DNA from: Takakia lepidozioides
Taxonomy: Eukaryota > Plantae > Bryophyta
Assembly: GCA_030704615.1 (NCBI GenBank)
Contig: CM060731.1
Coordinates: forward strand, 95,852,001 to 95,916,000
Direction of reading: 5' to 3'
Length of the DNA: 64,000 bases
The first letter of the stretch is position 1, and the number at the start of each line of letters is the position of its first letter. Below the pieces are notes generated by a model. The model ran no database searches, had not been told where the DNA came from, and saw only the letters and a program-made list of their open reading frames with translations. Shown here piece by piece: positions 60,152 to 64,000 of this stretch. A program made the translations under genes and the position numbers.

Positions 60152-63100
60152 TCAAGCAGTCCAACCAGTATCCTGCCGTAGGGCCTTGTGCAGCTCGTTG
60201 AAACTCAGTGTTGGAGCATGGATGAAGACGTCCACTGCGGATATGCAACTCATGCGCTTCATAAAAATGTAATAAAGGTGTTTGCAGGGGACGTATGCTG
60301 CATTCTTCGATTCCATAACAAGGAAGTCCTCACAGTTGCAAGCTGGGTACTGAAACCGTGATTGCATACACGACACTGCGCGCAGCAGACCCGGCTGTTG
60401 ACAACTGAAATATGCGCCCCATCCCGGGGTGAGGAACATCCCTGCAACCTTGCACTATGCAGGGCATTGCAAGAGCGTTGGCCATCCTGGTGTCGTTCGC
60501 CTTTGTTGGTGGCCGCCGTCTTTTCAGTTTCCCCCACCGATGGGTGGGCCAAGCTGCGGGGTCACCCACCGGTATGCGGGGCGAAGAGCTTCTCGTGGGA
60601 GGAGGATGACGAAGAGCTTCTCGTGGGAGGAGATGACGATTGGGAATTGGATTCGTGGAACGTCTGTCCTCTCCACCAGTCAAAACCCTGCACTTCCTAG
60701 AGCGTCTGCCTCCTCCAGGGTAAGATCTGTACCACTTGCCACAGGCCAGACTGCCGGTGGTTCAGGCAGCCTTGTAACACCATACTTGGGCTTGCCGAAC
60801 ACACACGACATGATGTCGTGCCTGCAGAACCAAAACTCCTTCAGTGTGCCTCCACAAACTTTGCGCACACAAATCTCCCTGTGAAGCAAGGGGCAGGCAC
60901 ACCGCCCTGCGGGCTCCTCCGAATCATCTCATTGCATCTCTGGTTGTGTCGACACGAACAGCACAACATTTGCCACGAAATGTCGGACGGGTCCGTGCAA
61001 TTCTCCACTGCGAGGCCGACACATCTCGCTCCACGATTGGAATGTTGTATTGGGTAACGAAACCGGAGCAACATGCCCATCCTCGGCATGTTGTCCCGAG
61101 TCTGGCAGCGATTCCATGGATGCTGCAGGAGAGGGGGTACGAGTCCTGCTTCGTGGAGGCGTGGGACGCAACATCGTTGCGCCCCGAGGTTGAGTGCGGA
61201 TGTTCATATCTGATCTCCATGAATCCCCATCCCCTCCGGGCATGTCCTCAATTCTTCTCTTCACCGGCCGGCTGCGGACATCGCCCCTCCAGGCAGTTCC
61301 CCCGACTGTGTAACGGCGTTGACCTTATTGTTTCCCGCAATGCAGCAGTCCATTTTTTGGATCGGGTCGAACGATGCGCCGCCCTCATCAGCATCTCCTC
61401 CTGCCTGTCTGGTCCGATACCCCATTGCTTTCCTCCAGAAACTGGTAGTAATGAGATTGTTGCATGATGGCCCTCACAATATCTTCTGTTGTTGCTGTCA
61501 ACATGTCAACGAGATGTGCTGCAGAGGAAGCACGCCAGGAAGAGTGCACCGATTCGGCCATGTTTCGTCGTCGGCATATCCGTGTCATCCTCCAGCTCAT
61601 GTCCTGTTGAAGGAATTAGATATGTCACTGATTGTGGAGAATGTCCAAGCACAAAACAGAACAATTGTCAAGTACAGAAATGTGTTACCTGTCTCATGTA
61701 GTCTCCAAACTGGCGGAATCTATAATGCCACCACGCAAGCCACGTTTGCAGTTCTGGCTGATCTTTCACATCCACTGCCCCTGAAGACACCCACCAGCGC
61801 GTATGGTTGCAAACTCGGTCTCCGCCTCGTCGATGGAATTCGCATTTTTTTCCACGCTAGGCACATACTGATATGATCCTGCCGGTGGCGTGACGCCACG
61901 AACCTTTTCGTGTTTTGCGTCAAACTCTGCATGAAGTGGAACCCGCAAGATCTCTCCTTTCCTTCCATTGGAGTCTTTGGGTCGTCCCCATATACCCTCC
62001 TAACTGCAGCCCAGTTTGCCTGGGCATTGTCAGCCATGAAGCCCCTAAAATCGGGAGGGGGCAACTTGGCTCTCGCCATTTGCTCATTAATTCCGCGCCA
62101 CATATGCAACTCCGAATCTGTGTCTTCTCCCTTCATTTCGCATAGCAATGGTCATCAACTTTCTGCAATGTGGGTCGTATACATGTGCCCCCATTGTCAC
62201 CCAATCGTGGTTGGTAATTCGCCGGATGTGGTCGAACATGACCCAACAATTTGAAAGGTCTCCACTGGTCATCCGCTTCACCAAATCGACGCCGCTCCCC
62301 GGTCCGCACGTTGACATCTTAAATATGAAGCACCTGTCCGTCTCCGAGCCTTGACCAGGAAAGAAGCTGCCTTGGATGAAGTCGTAGCCGCATGTGCGCT
62401 TCACTTCCAAGATGGAGTGCATGTCTGATCCTCTTCCGATTCGTTTCTTGCAGCTGACAATGTGGTTCCTGACATTGGGGCTGCACACATGGGAGACAGC
62501 TCTCCAGCAGGTCCTTCATGTCCCCCTCGCCAGCTTCTCTCTTGTGCTTCCGTCCTCCGACATTATTCTGCCAATTGCAATCCTATGTGCCGATGCGAGC
62601 TGTATCTGCTTTGGTTTTGCACCCGGCCTCAACCTCACCTCCTCCTTGATAATATCCTGGGCTTGTTGAAAAGCGACTCTGCAATTGCCTCTGGCGAGGG
62701 GGTGCTCATGCTTTCCGATGTGAATGCATGCTCTGGTGCACGCTGGCCGACGGTCCCGACGTAGTACTGCTTGGCGTTGCACACTGCCATGCACGTAGGG
62801 GCTGCGTTGCAATGGGCACACTTGAACGTCCCTGCAGGAACTCTACCTTGAGGCCAAAATGGGTCGACGAATTGCCAATCCAGTCAGTCTCATTCCTGGT
62901 GCCTTTGCTAGTGTAATGGTAACATGTGCTCGAGAAACATTTAAGATGCCCAGCACACAATACATATCTCACTCGAACTCCATCACCCAGGTTGGACGAT
63001 GAAGTTTTGGTGACACACCAGGTGGCCGTCATGTTTCCTGTTCATTCCTGCGAGCATGCCGTCTGGGCCTGCGCCTGCCGGCACTGGAGGGAACTCGTAG

Positions 63101-63771
63101 ATAGCATTCCCATCCACAACATCAGGCAAAGTTTCCACAGAATGGATTGGAGTTTTGTCGTAATCAAGCCTAAGAAGGTCACTGGAGCGGGAACCCGTTG
63201 TCTTCATCCTCCGCAATATGTCGATTACTGAGCGGACGGAAGTTGAGTCGGACGGTGTATGCTGAACACTCCTAGTGACGGACGACTTCGAAACATACGA
63301 TGGAAGGACCATACAGTCTTCATCGTCACTGGATAAGTCGTGGACGACTGTTTCCCTGTTTTCCTGGATTTCCCCTTTTCACATGTTTGGGCTTCTCTGC
63401 TTGTGAAGAGGTGCCCACATCCTTCACATCTTGCACGCCAGACCCTCTTGTGGAAGGAGGATCAACCAAGTTCCAGCGTGGGAACTCTTTAGGCACGATT
63501 TCACCAATGGCACTGTACCGGATGGATTCAGAAGCTGGGAGCCGCCACTCTTTTTGCCTTTTCCGAAATCTGCATGCAGAATGACGGCACTTTCCAGAAA
63601 ATTTCCATAAGCATCCTTCGTCTCCTCTTCCAAAAACACCGTTCCAGGGCGGAGCCCGAACTTCACACACAAGTACTGCTCAGTGACAATCGCAAATCCT
63701 TGGTCGCAGGGTATTTTAGCTTTCAGAGAATCAGGATGGAAGTACACGTTGACCCAAACACGGGAGTCCAT
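60152..63771 (-). pseudogene. Mutator-like transposase copy 3; intron 61604-61688
   Basis: Same domain series (CAGHLKC, WVMFDH, FMADN, SCGFH, NMAES, CNC..PCKH); many frameshifts. Confidence 0.86.
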
Positions 63772-64000
63772 TTTGAAGACGGGACCTCTCGGTACGCTCC
63801 GCAGCGAAGTCCTGCAATGAGAAGAGTGTGTCCTACCTAATAACACAAATGATTTTCTGGAGGATTCCGTATCCAACAGGATGGGTGATCAGTGCACGTA
63901 AAGATGAAGGTGTGTAACGTACGTTAAAAAAACGGACGAAAACAGCAAGTTCACATCGGATATTTGGTGCCTGAATTGTAATGTACAACCACTTGGGTAC

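Larger units (their letters stand above)
58066..64000 (-). mobile_element. Family D Mutator-like transposon copy 3; runs off the right edge
   Basis: Terminus GGGGGTTGCTATTCCATGAGC with CATGAGC repeats; transposase on the minus strand. Confidence 0.82.

Overview
This is eukaryotic, transposon-saturated DNA with no intact host gene. The host is probably a plant or streptophyte alga (inference from the element types, a plant-type TruA fragment and GT-AG introns). A 500-N scaffold gap lies at 39933-40432. Four element families are nested in each other. (A) A chromovirus-like Ty3/gypsy element (1-3408, minus). (B) Two copies of an unusual Ty3/gypsy family (3963-9960 minus; ~44019-52120 plus) that carries a complete C5 cytosine DNA methyltransferase between protease and RT and a PHD finger after integrase. 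Both copies have an in-frame TAG-CAA-CCA (TMV-type leaky stop) exactly between DNMT and RT, and a 3' terminus built from two 85-bp TG..CA repeats. (C) An Athila/Tat-like non-chromovirus gypsy family with CACAGCC-rich LTRs and a long 3' accessory ORF: one full-length copy (19747-32795, TSD GACTC) plus solo LTRs and fragments. (D) Three divergent Mutator-like DNA transposons (GCM/WRKY-like Zn domain, DDE, SWIM, one shared intron) with CATGAGC-repeat termini and arrays of GGCGCC-centred palindromes spaced at whole helical turns. The best candidate for a new system is family B: a retrotransposon that may make its own methyltransferase at Gag levels and a chromatin-reading integrase by readthrough, found twice in the CpG-rich palindromic array of family D. 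Many single-base frameshifts look like long-read errors.
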